In this document: positions 53,637 to 63,997 of the stretch, piece after piece | Numbering within the stretch: position 1 is the first letter of the stretch | Layout: every line of letters starts with the position of its first letter | Origin: Solirubrobacterales bacterium | GTDB lineage: Bacteria; Actinomycetota; Thermoleophilia; Solirubrobacterales; JACPNS01 | Length of the DNA: 64,000 nucleotides | Reading direction: 5' to 3' | Assembly: GCA_051306435.1 (NCBI GenBank) | Contig: JBPPNF010000047.1 | Span: 145-64,144, forward strand | Program-made: the position numbers and the translations under genes | Notes under the pieces: model-generated | Seen by the model: only the letters and a program-made list of their open reading frames with translations | The model's database searches: none | What the model was told of the DNA's origin: nothing

Positions 53637-54089
53637 GTGGAAGCACATGGCATGAAGGGGCACGGATTGAAGGACTTCGGTTCTGACGTCGCCCATGGTT
53701 CGATCGCCCAGATGTTCGCACTTGTCGCGGGCGTGATCCTCACTGTCGGCGGAGTTGCGGCGTTGATCGTCAACGCGGACTTCTCAACCGGCGGCGAGAT
53801 AGTCACCGACAAACTCCTGTTCATGGACGTTAATGGCTGGAGCGGGCTTCTGATGCTGCTCACCGGCATTGCGCTCGTTGTCGCCAGCCGAGCGGCCGGC
53901 ATGGCGCGCAAGGCCTGCCTTGGCGTCGGTGTCATCTACCTGGCCGTGACGATCTGGAGCTTGTTTGACAGCTCCGTGCTCGGCATGTTCCCGGTCAACG
54001 ACATGACGGCGATCGTCTACGCCGCAATCGGCGTACTCGGCGTGACCGCGGGCCTCGGCCCGGACCGTCGCGACGACGAAGCCGCCTGA
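53637..54089 (+). CDS. DUF4383-like small membrane protein
   Basis: GTG 53637 is preceded by AGAGGGTGG (alternative ATG 53652). Four TM helices with a VNGWSG/FPVND pattern reminiscent of DUF4383. Confidence 0.5.
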   Translation: MEAHGMKGHGLKDFGSDVAHGSIAQMFALVAGVILTVGGVAALIVNADFSTGGEIVTDKLLFMDVNGWSGLLMLLTGIALVVASRAAGMARKACLGVGVIYLAVTIWSLFDSSVLGMFPVNDMTAIVYAAIGVLGVTAGLGPDRRDDEAA

Positions 54090-54104
54090 GACGCCATCAC
54101 AGCT

Positions 54105-54129
54105 GCGGGGCGCCGGACGGGCGCCCCGC
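54105..54129 (+). terminator. GC-rich stem-loop after the DUF4383-like gene
   Basis: GCGGGGCGCC-GGACG-GGCGCCCCGC, a perfect 10-bp stem with only a weak T-run after it. Confidence 0.5.
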
Positions 54130-54222
54130 TGTCATGTCATGCGACGGGGCGGGCTTCCTCGTTGTTTCGATGTGGAGCCCAGTCGGATTGCGGATCTGTG
54201 GCGGCGTATTACGATCCAGGGC

Positions 54223-55686
54223 ATGCCGATCACAGCTGCCTCCGAACAAGCCGTCGTTGATTCCGTTCCGAAGGGGGCGCTGATCAACGGGAGTTGGATT
54301 GAGACAGGCAGGACGCTCGACGTGATCGACCCGTCGACCGGCGAAGCGCTCTGCGCGATCGCCGACGCCGGCGAACCAGAGGCGTTGGCCGCTCTCGACG
54401 CGGCGTCAGACGCCCAGGCCTCATGGGCCGCCACCCCGCCGCGCGAACGCGGCGAGATTCTGCGAGCCGTCTACGAATCGATGACCAGCCGTCTCGACGA
54501 GCTGGCGCTGCTGATGACGCTCGAGATGGGCAAGCCACTCAGCGAGTCAAAGGCCGAAGTCGCCTACGCCGCCGACTTCCTGCGCTGGTTCAGCGAAGAG
54601 GCCGTGCGCATAAGCGGTCGCTACGCCGTCGCCCCCAACGGCCAGGGTCGCCTGCTCACGATGAAGCAGGCCCTCGGTCCGTGCGTCTTCGTCACCCCCT
54701 GGAATTTCCCGGCCGCGATGGCCACGCGCAAGATCGGCCCGGCGCTCGCCGCCGGCTGCACGGTCGTGATGAAGCCGGCCAAGGAAACGCCGCTCAGCTC
54801 GTTCGCGCTCGCTCAGGCATTCATCGATGCCGGCCTGCCCGACGGCGTCATCAACATCGTCTGCGGATCCAGCCCCAGCGCGATCGTCGCGCCACTGCTG
54901 CAGGACCCGCGCACCCGCAAGCTCAGCTTCACCGGATCGACCGCGGTCGGCAAGGAACTGATCAAGCAGTCGGCCGACCAGGTCCTGAAGGTCTCGATGG
55001 AACTCGGCGGAAACGCCCCGTTCATCGTCCACGAAGACGCAGACCTCGAGAAGGCCGTCGAGGGTGCGATCCTCGCCAAGATGCGCAACAACGGCGAGGC
55101 CTGCACGGCAGCCAACCGCTTCCACGCCCACGAGTCGATCGCGCAGGAGTTTGCCGAGAAACTGGCCGAGCGCCTGGGCGCGATGAAGGTCGGTCGCGGC
55201 ACGCTCGAAGACACGCAGGTCGGCCCGCTGATCAGCGAGAGCCAGCGCGGGATCGTCGAAGGCCTGGTCGAAGATGCGGTCAGCAAGGGCGGCAAGATTC
55301 TGACCGGTGGCGAGCGCCCGGACGGCGAGGGCTATTACTACCCGCCCACGGTGATCGGCGACCTCTCGGCCGACGCAAACATCCTTGTCGACGAGGTCTT
55401 CGGGCCCGTCGCCCCGATCAAGTCATTCAGCACCGAGGAAGAGGCGCTGGCCAGCGCCAACGCCACCGAGTACGGCCTCGCGGCATATGTCTACACGCGT
55501 GACCTCGGCCGGGCCTTCCGCACGATCGAGGGCCTCGAGACCGGCATGGTCGGCCTCAACCGCGGCGTGATCAGCAACCCGGCCGCGCCGTTCGGTGGCA
55601 CCAAGCAGAGTGGGTTCGGCAAGGAGGGTGGTTTCGAGGGGATCGAGGAGTATCTCGAGACCAAGTATGTGGGGATGGATTTTTAG
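54223..55686 (+). CDS. gabD: NAD(P)-dependent succinate-semialdehyde dehydrogenase
   Basis: Start at ATG 54223. FVTPWNFP, KPAKETPLS, the catalytic Glu in MELGGNAP and the Cys in NNGEACTAANR. The overall pattern resembles GabD-type aldehyde dehydrogenases. Confidence 0.85.
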   Translation: MPITAASEQAVVDSVPKGALINGSWIETGRTLDVIDPSTGEALCAIADAGEPEALAALDAASDAQASWAATPPRERGEILRAVYESMTSRLDELALLMTLEMGKPLSESKAEVAYAADFLRWFSEEAVRISGRYAVAPNGQGRLLTMKQALGPCVFVTPWNFPAAMATRKIGPALAAGCTVVMKPAKETPLSSFALAQAFIDAGLPDGVINIVCGSSPSAIVAPLLQDPRTRKLSFTGSTAVGKELIKQSADQVLKVSMELGGNAPFIVHEDADLEKAVEGAILAKMRNNGEACTAANRFHAHESIAQEFAEKLAERLGAMKVGRGTLEDTQVGPLISESQRGIVEGLVEDAVSKGGKILTGGERPDGEGYYYPPTVIGDLSADANILVDEVFGPVAPIKSFSTEEEALASANATEYGLAAYVYTRDLGRAFRTIEGLETGMVGLNRGVISNPAAPFGGTKQSGFGKEGGFEGIEEYLETKYVGMDF

Positions 55687-55735
55687 CCGGACAAACCGCT
55701 GAGTCGGCCCGCGCAGGTTCTGCAATTATCGAGCA

Positions 55736-57235
55736 ATGAGTCCAGTTCGTCGCTCGCTCAGCGTTCTCCTACCGCTCATCGTCCTGCTTGCCACCTGCGC
55801 GGGCGCGCAGGCAGCCAACCGTTATGCCAGCGAGGGTGGTTCGGGCACCGCGTGTACCGAATCGACGCCATGCTCGTTGGTCGAAGCGATCGGACCAAAT
55901 TCGGATTTCGGCAATGACGTCACGGTCGAACCGGGCACCTACGGCTCGAGCTCCGTGCCGCTCAGCCTGCTGACCGCGTACTGGAACGAACAGGTGATCC
56001 ACGGCCGTGCGGGGGCGCCCGCCCCGGTTGTCTATGTGACGACCCCGGACCCGCTCCCGTCGGTGCCGTACACACCTCCGGGCTATGGCTTCAACACCAA
56101 CAAGGGCAGCCTCACCCACCTCGACATCCGGGTCATCGGGACAGCCACCACCTTCTTCGGCGTTTCCGTCGTCGGGTCCTCGATGGATCACGTTCGCGTC
56201 ACAGGTAATGCTCGCTGGGGCGCATGCACCGGTCACGTGAACATGACAAACGTCCTCTGCCAGTCAAGCTGGCCGGCGGCCGCCGGTATCGGTCTCTTCG
56301 TCGCGGGCAGCGGGCCGCTCACGTTCAACTACACGTATCGCAATGTGACCGCGATCAGCTCCGGCGTGGGCGGTACCGGACTGGATGTGTCGATCAACGA
56401 CTTCATAGTGGAGAACCTGACCGTCGTGAACTCGATCTTCGACGGCGCGGGCGCGGACATCCGTACCGAATCAAACGGCAACGGCGGAGCCGCGCTCAAC
56501 CTGAGCGCCAGCAACTCCAATTACCCGGTGCTCAGTGCCGGTGCGAACACCACCGTCACGCCGAACACCACGAACGGCAACCAGGCAACTCCCGCCACGT
56601 TCGCCGATGCCGCTTCGCTTGACTTCAGGCCCGCCCCGGGCTCCCCGACAGTCGACGGCGGAATGGACGATCCCGCCAACGGCACCACCGACCTCGCGGG
56701 CTCCGCGCGAATCCAGGGCCTCCGCACGGACATCGGCGCGTACGAATCGAGCTTCCTCGGAGCTTCGCCTCCAGAGCCGAAGGTGCCAACCGTACTGACG
56801 GGCCTGAAGGCGCTCACAAAGAAGTTCGCGAGCGCAAAGAGCGGGAATGCATTCCGGCCAGCAAGCAAGCGCCCCAGGACCAGGAAGGGCGAGAAGCCCG
56901 TCGGCACGTTGATCAACTTCACGCTCAACCAACCCGACACAGTCAACTTCACGCTCGAGCGCGGCACTTCCGGCCGCAAGTCCGGCTCAAAGTGCGTCAA
57001 GAAGACCCGAGGCAACGCCGCGAAAAAGAAGTGCACACGCTACGTGGCGGTCAAGGGAACCGAGTCGGTGGTCGGCGTCGTCGGCAAGAACACCGTCTGG
57101 TTCACAGGCCGGTGGAAAGAGAAGACACTCCCTGCGGGATCGAGCTTCGTGATGCGCGGCACGCCGATCAAGGCCAGCACCGGCAACGAGCCGGGCGTGC
57201 TCAGTCCGCGACCGATCAAGACCTTTCCGAAGTAG
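55736..57235 (+). CDS. secreted protein with right-handed beta-helix-like repeats and a basic C-terminal domain
   Basis: Signal peptide ending CAGAQA. Has a Gly/Asn/Thr-rich repetitive core and a DIGAYE motif. The C-terminal ~130 aa are Lys/Arg-rich with two Cys (KCVKK...KKKCTRY). Confidence 0.5.
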   Translation: MSPVRRSLSVLLPLIVLLATCAGAQAANRYASEGGSGTACTESTPCSLVEAIGPNSDFGNDVTVEPGTYGSSSVPLSLLTAYWNEQVIHGRAGAPAPVVYVTTPDPLPSVPYTPPGYGFNTNKGSLTHLDIRVIGTATTFFGVSVVGSSMDHVRVTGNARWGACTGHVNMTNVLCQSSWPAAAGIGLFVAGSGPLTFNYTYRNVTAISSGVGGTGLDVSINDFIVENLTVVNSIFDGAGADIRTESNGNGGAALNLSASNSNYPVLSAGANTTVTPNTTNGNQATPATFADAASLDFRPAPGSPTVDGGMDDPANGTTDLAGSARIQGLRTDIGAYESSFLGASPPEPKVPTVLTGLKALTKKFASAKSGNAFRPASKRPRTRKGEKPVGTLINFTLNQPDTVNFTLERGTSGRKSGSKCVKKTRGNAAKKKCTRYVAVKGTESVVGVVGKNTVWFTGRWKEKTLPAGSSFVMRGTPIKASTGNEPGVLSPRPIKTFPK

Positions 57236-57239
57236 GCGT

Positions 57240-57638
57240 CTAGCTGTAGCCGTCGCCGACTCCGAGAATGTTCCCGTCCGGATCCTTGAACCAGGCGGCC
57301 GTCAACTCGGTGCCGTCCATGACGTGAACGTCGCCCTCGAGCGTCGTACCCGGCATCTCGTAATGCTCGAACTCAATGCCCTTGGACGCAAGTTCGGATA
57401 CCACGGTCCGAACGTCCGCCACCCGAAAAAAGGCAACGGTTGCCTGCCCGGTGCCGGCCGTCGGTGAGACGTACACAAAGAGCTGACCGGCACCGACTTT
57501 GTAGCCGACCCCGCCCATGTTCTCCAACATCTGCTCGAGTCCCAGCTTCGCGCCGTAGAACTCCCTGCCTTTTGCCAGATCGCTGACTGCGACTGTCGCG
57601 ATTACATCCCCATCAGAAAGCATTACTGCCCCGATCAT
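57240..57638 (-). CDS. VOC (glyoxalase) family protein
   Basis: 132 aa. GREFYGAKLGL and WFKDPDGNILG. Confidence 0.7.
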   Translation of the reverse strand: MIGAVMLSDGDVIATVAVSDLAKGREFYGAKLGLEQMLENMGGVGYKVGAGQLFVYVSPTAGTGQATVAFFRVADVRTVVSELASKGIEFEHYEMPGTTLEGDVHVMDGTELTAAWFKDPDGNILGVGDGYS

Positions 57639-57640
57639 GT

Positions 57641-57671
57641 GAGTAATTTGGCCTGCCCGGCCAATTTACTC
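57641..57671 (-). terminator. AT-rich 13-bp-stem hairpin between the response regulator stop and the VOC start
   Basis: GAGTAATTTGGCC-TGCCC-GGCCAATTTACTC (one mismatch). Fills the whole 33-nt gap and has no U-tract. Confidence 0.45.
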
Positions 57672-58331
57672 CTATGTCGCCGCTGGCGGCTGAACTCCGA
57701 GCCCGGCCTCACGCGCCTTCTGGATTGCGCTCGCGCGATCTGCCACCTGGAGCTTGTTGAAAATGTTGCTCACGTGGTTGCGCACGGTCTTCAGGCTCAG
57801 GAAAAGATTCTCAGCGATCGCGGTGTTGCTCTTCCCGGCCGCGATCAGATCGAGGATCTCGCGCTCGCGGTCGGTCAGCTCTGGGAAGAGCGTCCTTGGT
57901 GTCGCTGTGAAGTAGTCGATCAGTCTCGCCGCTATCGACGGACCGAAGATCGCTTCGCCGCTGCCGATCACGCGGACCGCGCGGAGGATGTCGTCGCGCT
58001 GCGCGCCTTTCAGCAGGTATCCACGCGCGCCAGCCCGCATCGCCGCAAAAACCGAATCGTCGTCCTCGAACATCGTGATCACGATCACGCCGATGTCGGG
58101 ATTGGCGGAGGTGATCTGGCGCGTCGCCTCGATGCCGTTCAGCTGGGGCATCTGCAGATCCATGAGAATTGCGTCCGGGGCGAGCGTTGCCGCCTCGGCC
58201 ACGGCTTCCACGCCGGTTGTCGCCTCGCCCACGACCTCAATGTCGTCGGCCGCATCGAGCATCAGTCTGAGGCCGTCGCGAAATGCCGGATGGTCGTCGG
58301 CGATCAGCACGCGCATGCTGCCGCCGATCAT
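57672..58331 (-). CDS. NarL/LuxR-family response regulator
   Basis: REC domain (MRVLIADDH, phospho-acceptor context AILMDLQMP) plus a C-terminal LuxR HTH (LTDREREILDLIAAGKSNTAIAENLFLSLKTVRNHVSNI). Confidence 0.9.
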   Translation of the reverse strand: MIGGSMRVLIADDHPAFRDGLRLMLDAADDIEVVGEATTGVEAVAEAATLAPDAILMDLQMPQLNGIEATRQITSANPDIGVIVITMFEDDDSVFAAMRAGARGYLLKGAQRDDILRAVRVIGSGEAIFGPSIAARLIDYFTATPRTLFPELTDREREILDLIAAGKSNTAIAENLFLSLKTVRNHVSNIFNKLQVADRASAIQKAREAGLGVQPPAAT

Positions 58332-60436
58332 CCGGGCCCCAGCGGAAGCCGCGCAATCACGACCGTTCCATCACGGCCGGTTTCGACGCTCAGCTCGCCA
58401 CCGATCTCGGACGCGCGTTCGCGCATCGAGCTCATCCCTACTCCGTGCCGCGCGTCCGGTGCGAATCCGTCGCCGTTGTCGGAAACGGTCAGCTGAATAC
58501 CGCCGTTCAGAGAAAGCTTGACTTCGCACGCTGCCGCCCCCGCGTGCTTGGCCACATTCGTCATCGCCTCAAGCGCAATCCGATAGGTCGCCACCTCGGC
58601 GGCGGCGGGGAGCTGGGGAATTTCGCTCGGGCCAAGCACCTCAAAGTTCGCACCAGAAGCAGACAAGCGCGTTGCCTGTTCGCGGAGCGCGGAAACAAGC
58701 CCAAACTCGTCGAGCGCGGGCGGGCGGAGGTCGTAGACGAGGCGACGGATATCTGTGATCGTCTCCTGGACCTCTCCGCCGAGTTGCTCAACAAGTGCGC
58801 GATCGTTGGTATCGACCCGATCGTTCAGGATCTCCAGCTTGATCGACATCGCTGCCAGCGCAGGTCCGACGCCGTCGTGCAGGTCCCGCCGCAGACGGCG
58901 ACGCTCCTCTTCGCGAGCGGTCACCAGATCTTTGCGCGATTTCTGAAGCTCCACGGTCAGGCTGACCGACTGGACTGCAACTCCCACGTGACTCGCCAGG
59001 TCGTCGAGCAGTCGCTGATCGGCGGATGCGAGCGTGCGACCCGGTGGCACTTCAACGGCGAGCGTTCCAACCCGCTCACCGCGATAAGAAAGCTCGCGAC
59101 GTTCGAGCTCGCCACGGCCGACGATTCCGTGTGAGGCGATCACCTGGCTGTCGTCGTCGCGCCCAAACTCGACCGCCGCGTACGGAAGTCGCAATGCCTC
59201 GGCCACAGAGCCAACAACCGTCTGGACAACCTCTGCGGGTGTGAGCGTCTCACGGAGTCTCAGGTCGAGTCGTTGAAGTGCGGCGTAGGGATTCGCCCGA
59301 TCGCCATAGATCCAGCGATCGACCCGAGCCTGAACCCGCGCGTGAAGCGGCTGGATCATCACCGCGACGACCCCGACCGCCAGCAGACCCGCCAGCCCGC
59401 GGTTGCCGATCACGGCGTCGAATCCAGCGATCACGGCTGCGTACACAGCGGCGATGCAGGCTGTCAAGGCGCCGTAGACCAGCGTGCGATTGATCACCAG
59501 CTCGATATCGAAGAGCCGGTAGCGGAGAACCCCGATCGCGATCGCCAGAGGCATCATCACGAACATCACGGCGAGTCCGATCACCGTCAACGGACCGCCG
59601 GAAGTGCCGAACACCGCTCCGTCGAGAAGGCAGAGCGCAACCGTCGCGGGAACCCAGAGCGCCGCGTACGCAAGCCATAGGATCTGAATGCGCGCGTCGC
59701 CGGTCGACGCGCGCAGTCGCGCCCGGACAGCAAACGCCGACGCGATCAGGCCGAAAAGAAATCCGAAGATGAAAAGAAGCGTGAGCGCCGTGAACATGGG
59801 AGGCAGTGTCGGAAGCGGATTCTTGATCGCCCTCAGCTCGCCCTCGAGCGGCTCGCTGGAGAGGAGCAGCCCGACCACGAGCGTGACGAGACAGAAAGCG
59901 GTGAACTGCCCCCAACGCTTGTACTTCTTTGAAACGAACCGACCGTCAGGAAATACGTACGCGATACCCGCGAAGCCAGCAAATAGCAGTGGCCAGGCCG
60001 CAGCCGAGTAGACCGCTGCCAGCCGCGTCGCCAGTGAGGGTGCCCCACCCGCCGCGAGCATGTGAATTGCATATGCCTCGGTCGAGCCGATCGTGAGGAT
60101 CGCGAACGACTGCAGAAGCAACAACCAGCCGACGGCATTGCGTGGCCGCGACCTGATGATCAGCCAGCCAAAGAACGTCGAGAAGAGCGAAACGATGGAC
60201 GCCCCGACATCGAAAGCAAGGCCATTGCCGGCACTGCCGTCGGCGATCAGAAGTGTCAGTACGGCCATCCCGACAGCGAGTGCGGCGACGATCGTGGCAA
60301 GTATCGCCTGCCGACCGAAGTGTTGCGAAACCTTGGCCTGCGTCACTTCGCCGATCGTTGCCGTTGATGACTCCATCAAAACATATTGACCGGTAACTGA
60401 CGCAAGTTCGAGCTGTCCCGGACATTTCCCGATCAA
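58328..60436 (-). CDS. membrane sensor histidine kinase (HisKA_3 type)
   Basis: About 10 N-terminal TM helices and a central GAF-like region. H-box RRRLRRDLHDGVGPAL, with HATPase N and G boxes. An alternative start is ATG 60376. Confidence 0.85.
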   Translation of the reverse strand: MIGKCPGQLELASVTGQYVLMESSTATIGEVTQAKVSQHFGRQAILATIVAALAVGMAVLTLLIADGSAGNGLAFDVGASIVSLFSTFFGWLIIRSRPRNAVGWLLLLQSFAILTIGSTEAYAIHMLAAGGAPSLATRLAAVYSAAAWPLLFAGFAGIAYVFPDGRFVSKKYKRWGQFTAFCLVTLVVGLLLSSEPLEGELRAIKNPLPTLPPMFTALTLLFIFGFLFGLIASAFAVRARLRASTGDARIQILWLAYAALWVPATVALCLLDGAVFGTSGGPLTVIGLAVMFVMMPLAIAIGVLRYRLFDIELVINRTLVYGALTACIAAVYAAVIAGFDAVIGNRGLAGLLAVGVVAVMIQPLHARVQARVDRWIYGDRANPYAALQRLDLRLRETLTPAEVVQTVVGSVAEALRLPYAAVEFGRDDDSQVIASHGIVGRGELERRELSYRGERVGTLAVEVPPGRTLASADQRLLDDLASHVGVAVQSVSLTVELQKSRKDLVTAREEERRRLRRDLHDGVGPALAAMSIKLEILNDRVDTNDRALVEQLGGEVQETITDIRRLVYDLRPPALDEFGLVSALREQATRLSASGANFEVLGPSEIPQLPAAAEVATYRIALEAMTNVAKHAGAAACEVKLSLNGGIQLTVSDNGDGFAPDARHGVGMSSMRERASEIGGELSVETGRDGTVVIARLPLGPG

Positions 60437-60444
60437 GTCGGGAA
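60426..60444. promoter_or_regulatory. inverted repeat TTCCCGA-TCAAG-TCGGGAA at the kinase / membrane-protein divergent region
   Basis: Perfect 7-bp arms. Intergenic only if the kinase starts at 60376. Confidence 0.35.
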
Positions 60445-60516
60445 CGGGACCCCTTGTGGGCGGGACACCAGGACGGCGATGGTGAGCGAAATCAATCCCG
60501 ATCCAGGAGTCTCAAA

Positions 60517-61176
60517 ATGCAAATCGATGGATTCAGGCGTTTTCTGCCATACACCGGAGTTATCTGCGCGATCACGTTGATCGCCGGGTTGGTGCTGAGC
60601 GGCACCACGCCGGAGGAAGGCGCATCCACAGCACAGTTCCTCGACTACTACGGCGACAACCAGACTGCGGGCTTTATCGCGAACTTCATTTTCGCGAACC
60701 TCTTCGCGATCTTCACACTGTTCTTCGTCACCGAGCTTCGCGCGACGCTGCGCTCGGGAGAGGCCGGTGAATCAATCTACTCGTCCCTCGCGTTCTCAGG
60801 AGGCATCGTGCTTGCCGTCGCCATCTCACTTGGAGGCATGGTCTCGGTCGCTGCGTTCTCCGCAGGTGACGCTGGCTTCGAAGCAGCGACCGTCGCGCTC
60901 GGCATGCTGGCGGCCTACTCGTTCATCCCCTGGATGGTCGGCGGCGCGGCGCTCTTCCTGGCGGCTGGCATCGGAGGACTGAAGACGGCGACGCTACCGA
61001 AATGGATCTCCTGGCTGAGCGTTGTCATGGGCGTCCTCTGTTTCACGCCCGGCGGCTTTGCCGCATTCATCGTCCAGCCCATCTGGTTCGTCGCAATGGC
61101 GGTCGTGTTGATCCGCCGTCAGTCGGCGTCAACCGCTCAGAAGCCAGTCGCGACGGCCACTCCGGCTGTCGCCTGA
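60517..61176 (+). CDS. integral membrane protein, unknown function
   Basis: ATG 60517 is preceded by AGGAG. About 6 TM helices. Divergent from the two-component operon. Confidence 0.5.
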   Translation: MQIDGFRRFLPYTGVICAITLIAGLVLSGTTPEEGASTAQFLDYYGDNQTAGFIANFIFANLFAIFTLFFVTELRATLRSGEAGESIYSSLAFSGGIVLAVAISLGGMVSVAAFSAGDAGFEAATVALGMLAAYSFIPWMVGGAALFLAAGIGGLKTATLPKWISWLSVVMGVLCFTPGGFAAFIVQPIWFVAMAVVLIRRQSASTAQKPVATATPAVA

Positions 61177-61184
61177 GGCGACGA

Positions 61185-62573
61185 CTACGCGGCTTTTGCC
61201 GCCGCCTGGCCGGGAGCTTCGGGCAGCTTGAAACGCCCGGAGAGCTCGGCCAGTGTGGCTGCGGTGTCCGCGACCTTCTGCGCTGAAGCTGTGACTTCTT
61301 GCGAAGCCGCTGAAGTCTGTTGTGTTGAGGCGCTGACTTCTTCAGTCGACGCGCTCGACTGCTCGGCGACGACGGCAACCTCGGAGACGTGCTCGCGCAC
61401 GTGCACGGCTGCCTCGACAATTCCACTCGTCAGCTGGCTGATCTCGCCAGCGCGCTCGTGCAGGCCGTGAATGGCGCCGCTGATGTCGTAGAAGGTCTGG
61501 CGGTTGCGGGCGACCGTGTCGAAGCCGTCCTCAACGAGGGTCACGCCGGATTCCATCGCGGCGACGGCCTGGTCGGTCTCAAGTTTGATCTCGCGGATCA
61601 GCACGGCGATCTCGGAGGCCGATGACTGCGCGTCCTCGGCAAGCGTGCGGACCTCGTCGGCGACGTTCGCAAAGCCGCTGCCCTGGTCACCGGCGCGGGC
61701 TGCTTCGATCGAAGCGTTCAGGGCAAGCATGTTGGTCTGTGTGGCGATGTCTGAGATCGACTGGACGATCTGGTCGATGTCGGCGGAGCTCTCTCCGAGC
61801 TCGCGGACGATCTCTGCCGTGCGCATCGAGCTCTCACGCGTGGCCTGCATCGCCTGCTCGACCTGGGCGGCGCGCGCCAGACCCTGGTCGGCAAGTTCGG
61901 CTGTGGCAGCGCTCTGACGGCGCGCCTCTTCAGCGTGTTCGGAGGCGTCGCGCACTGCATGCTCAATCGCCTCGATGTGTCCGGCCGAGCGGCCGACGAG
62001 ATCCACCTGGTGGGCGGCGCCCTCACTGATCGCGCTGATCGCCTGGGCGACTTCGCCGATCGAACTGCCTGCTTCGTCAGAAGTGTGGGACATCTCATCT
62101 GCGACCTGGCGCAAGTCGCCAGAGGCGCGATCGATGCGGGTGATGGTTGTGCGGAAGTTTCCGAGCAGATGACCGAACGCGCGTTGCAGTTCGCCGTACT
62201 CGTTGCCCATCGTGACCCTGGGTTCGACCGCAAGGTCGCCGATGGCCGCGCGGCGCATGTCGGCGATCATCTGTTCTGAAGCTTTCAGCGTGACCTTGCC
62301 AAGCGTGATGCGCAATAGCGCGCCAGCGAAGAGGAAGGTCAGCAGGACGCCGATCATCCAGAACCAGACGTCATGTGAGTAGTCAAGCGTGGACTCGATC
62401 GAGCCCGCCTTGAATGATCCGCTGCCGCTCGCTTCAGCTGCGATATGGCTGGCCTGGTCGCCCGTGCCGAGCTGCTCGTAGAAAAAGATTCCAAGGATCA
62501 CGGCCGGGACCGTTCCGCAGATCGTGACGATCACGTAGGACTTCGTCAGACTCATTGTCAAGAGCTTTTTCAT
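61185..62573 (-). CDS. methyl-accepting chemotaxis protein
   Basis: Two TM helices flanking a very short external loop, a HAMP-like segment, then the conserved signalling hairpin ([41 protein letters not shown]). Confidence 0.9.
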   Translation of the reverse strand: MKKLLTMSLTKSYVIVTICGTVPAVILGIFFYEQLGTGDQASHIAAEASGSGSFKAGSIESTLDYSHDVWFWMIGVLLTFLFAGALLRITLGKVTLKASEQMIADMRRAAIGDLAVEPRVTMGNEYGELQRAFGHLLGNFRTTITRIDRASGDLRQVADEMSHTSDEAGSSIGEVAQAISAISEGAAHQVDLVGRSAGHIEAIEHAVRDASEHAEEARRQSAATAELADQGLARAAQVEQAMQATRESSMRTAEIVRELGESSADIDQIVQSISDIATQTNMLALNASIEAARAGDQGSGFANVADEVRTLAEDAQSSASEIAVLIREIKLETDQAVAAMESGVTLVEDGFDTVARNRQTFYDISGAIHGLHERAGEISQLTSGIVEAAVHVREHVSEVAVVAEQSSASTEEVSASTQQTSAASQEVTASAQKVADTAATLAELSGRFKLPEAPGQAAAKAA

Positions 62574-63997
62574 GCCGCCGCCTCGACCTTCTCAGTCGTT
62601 TCCGACTTCGATGTCGGTTTTTCCAAGGGGACGACGTTCCTGGTCGCATTCTGCTTCAGCACGAACTGTGATGCGAGGTCGGCGAGCGCAACTGCCGTGT
62701 TGGTGACGCGACCTGCGGTTGCCGTGACCTCCTGTGCCGCAGCGGCCGACTGTTCGGTTGCGGCGCTCACCTGCTCAGTCGAAGCGCTGGATTCTTCCGC
62801 GACAGAAGCGATGTCCTCGATCTCGATGCGCACGCGCGATGCGTCGCCGGCGATCTCGCGGGCGATCGTCGAAATCTTCGCCGTGCCCTCGTTGAGCTGG
62901 GCGACGGCTTCACTGATGTCGGCGAATGCCTGACGGTTGAGCGCGACTGCCTCGGCGCCCTCTTCGACGATTGCCGAGCCATCGTCGACTGCGGCGACTG
63001 CCTTGACAGTCTGAGCGCGAATCAGCTCGGTCAGTTCGGCGATCTCACCGGTCGACTGCTGTGAGTCTTCTGCAAGCCTGCGTACTTCTTCGGCGACAAC
63101 CGCGAAGCCGCGGCCCTGTTCGCCGGCGCGCGCTGCCTCGATGGCGGCGTTGAGCGCGAGAAGGTTGGTCTGTTCCGCGATGTCGGCGATCGACTTGACG
63201 ATCTGATCGATGTTGGTCGACTTCTCGCCGAGTGAACGAATCACGCGCGAAGTCTCGGTCGAGGTCTCGCGGACGTTCTCCATCGCCTCTTCGATCTCGG
63301 CTGCGCGGAGCACGCCCTCGTCGGTGAGCGCTTTGGTTGCGGCGCTCGCTTCACTCGCGTTCTGCGCGTGATCCGCAGCTTCGCGGACGGCCTGTTCGAT
63401 CTCGCCGACTTCACGCGAGGTGTCGCCGATCAGTTCGACCTGGTTGCCCGCGCCGGTGCTGATCACAGAAACTGAGTGTGCGACTTCGCCGATCGCGCCG
63501 CCGGCCTCGTCGGAGATGCCGGACATCTCCTTGGCTGAGTCGCGCAGGTCGAGTGCCGCAAGGTCGATGCGCGTGACTGTCGCGTGGAAGCTCGCAATCA
63601 TCTTGTCGAGCGCTTCCTGGATGTCGCCGATCTGGCTTGCGTTGTCGCGGACAATCTCGGACGTGAGGTCGCCGTCTGCGGCGCGCTCGACGCGCACTGT
63701 CATGTGACGCAGCCAGGCAGTTGAAAGCTTGGTGAGCGCGAGCGCGATGAACATCGCCCCGAACCACGCGACCATCGCTGTGAGCATGATCCCCGTGCGT
63801 GCGTCAGAGTTCGCGGCATCGAACTGGTTGGTCAGGCTGACGAGCTCAGCCTTGCTGCCGCCACTCGCGAGCAGCGCGTTGATCTGCGCGTGCAGATCCG
63901 CTGCCTTGTTCCATGAGATGACCGTGAACGCCGCGAACGGCGCAGCCACGACGAGCAGCAGGAGCGAAGAGATGAGGGGCTTCCTGCCTGCATCCAT
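62570..63997 (-). CDS. methyl-accepting chemotaxis protein
   Basis: Same architecture. [41 protein letters not shown]. Its stop overlaps the downstream MCP start by 4 nt. Confidence 0.9.
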   Translation of the reverse strand: MDAGRKPLISSLLLLVVAAPFAAFTVISWNKAADLHAQINALLASGGSKAELVSLTNQFDAANSDARTGIMLTAMVAWFGAMFIALALTKLSTAWLRHMTVRVERAADGDLTSEIVRDNASQIGDIQEALDKMIASFHATVTRIDLAALDLRDSAKEMSGISDEAGGAIGEVAHSVSVISTGAGNQVELIGDTSREVGEIEQAVREAADHAQNASEASAATKALTDEGVLRAAEIEEAMENVRETSTETSRVIRSLGEKSTNIDQIVKSIADIAEQTNLLALNAAIEAARAGEQGRGFAVVAEEVRRLAEDSQQSTGEIAELTELIRAQTVKAVAAVDDGSAIVEEGAEAVALNRQAFADISEAVAQLNEGTAKISTIAREIAGDASRVRIEIEDIASVAEESSASTEQVSAATEQSAAAAQEVTATAGRVTNTAVALADLASQFVLKQNATRNVVPLEKPTSKSETTEKVEAAA

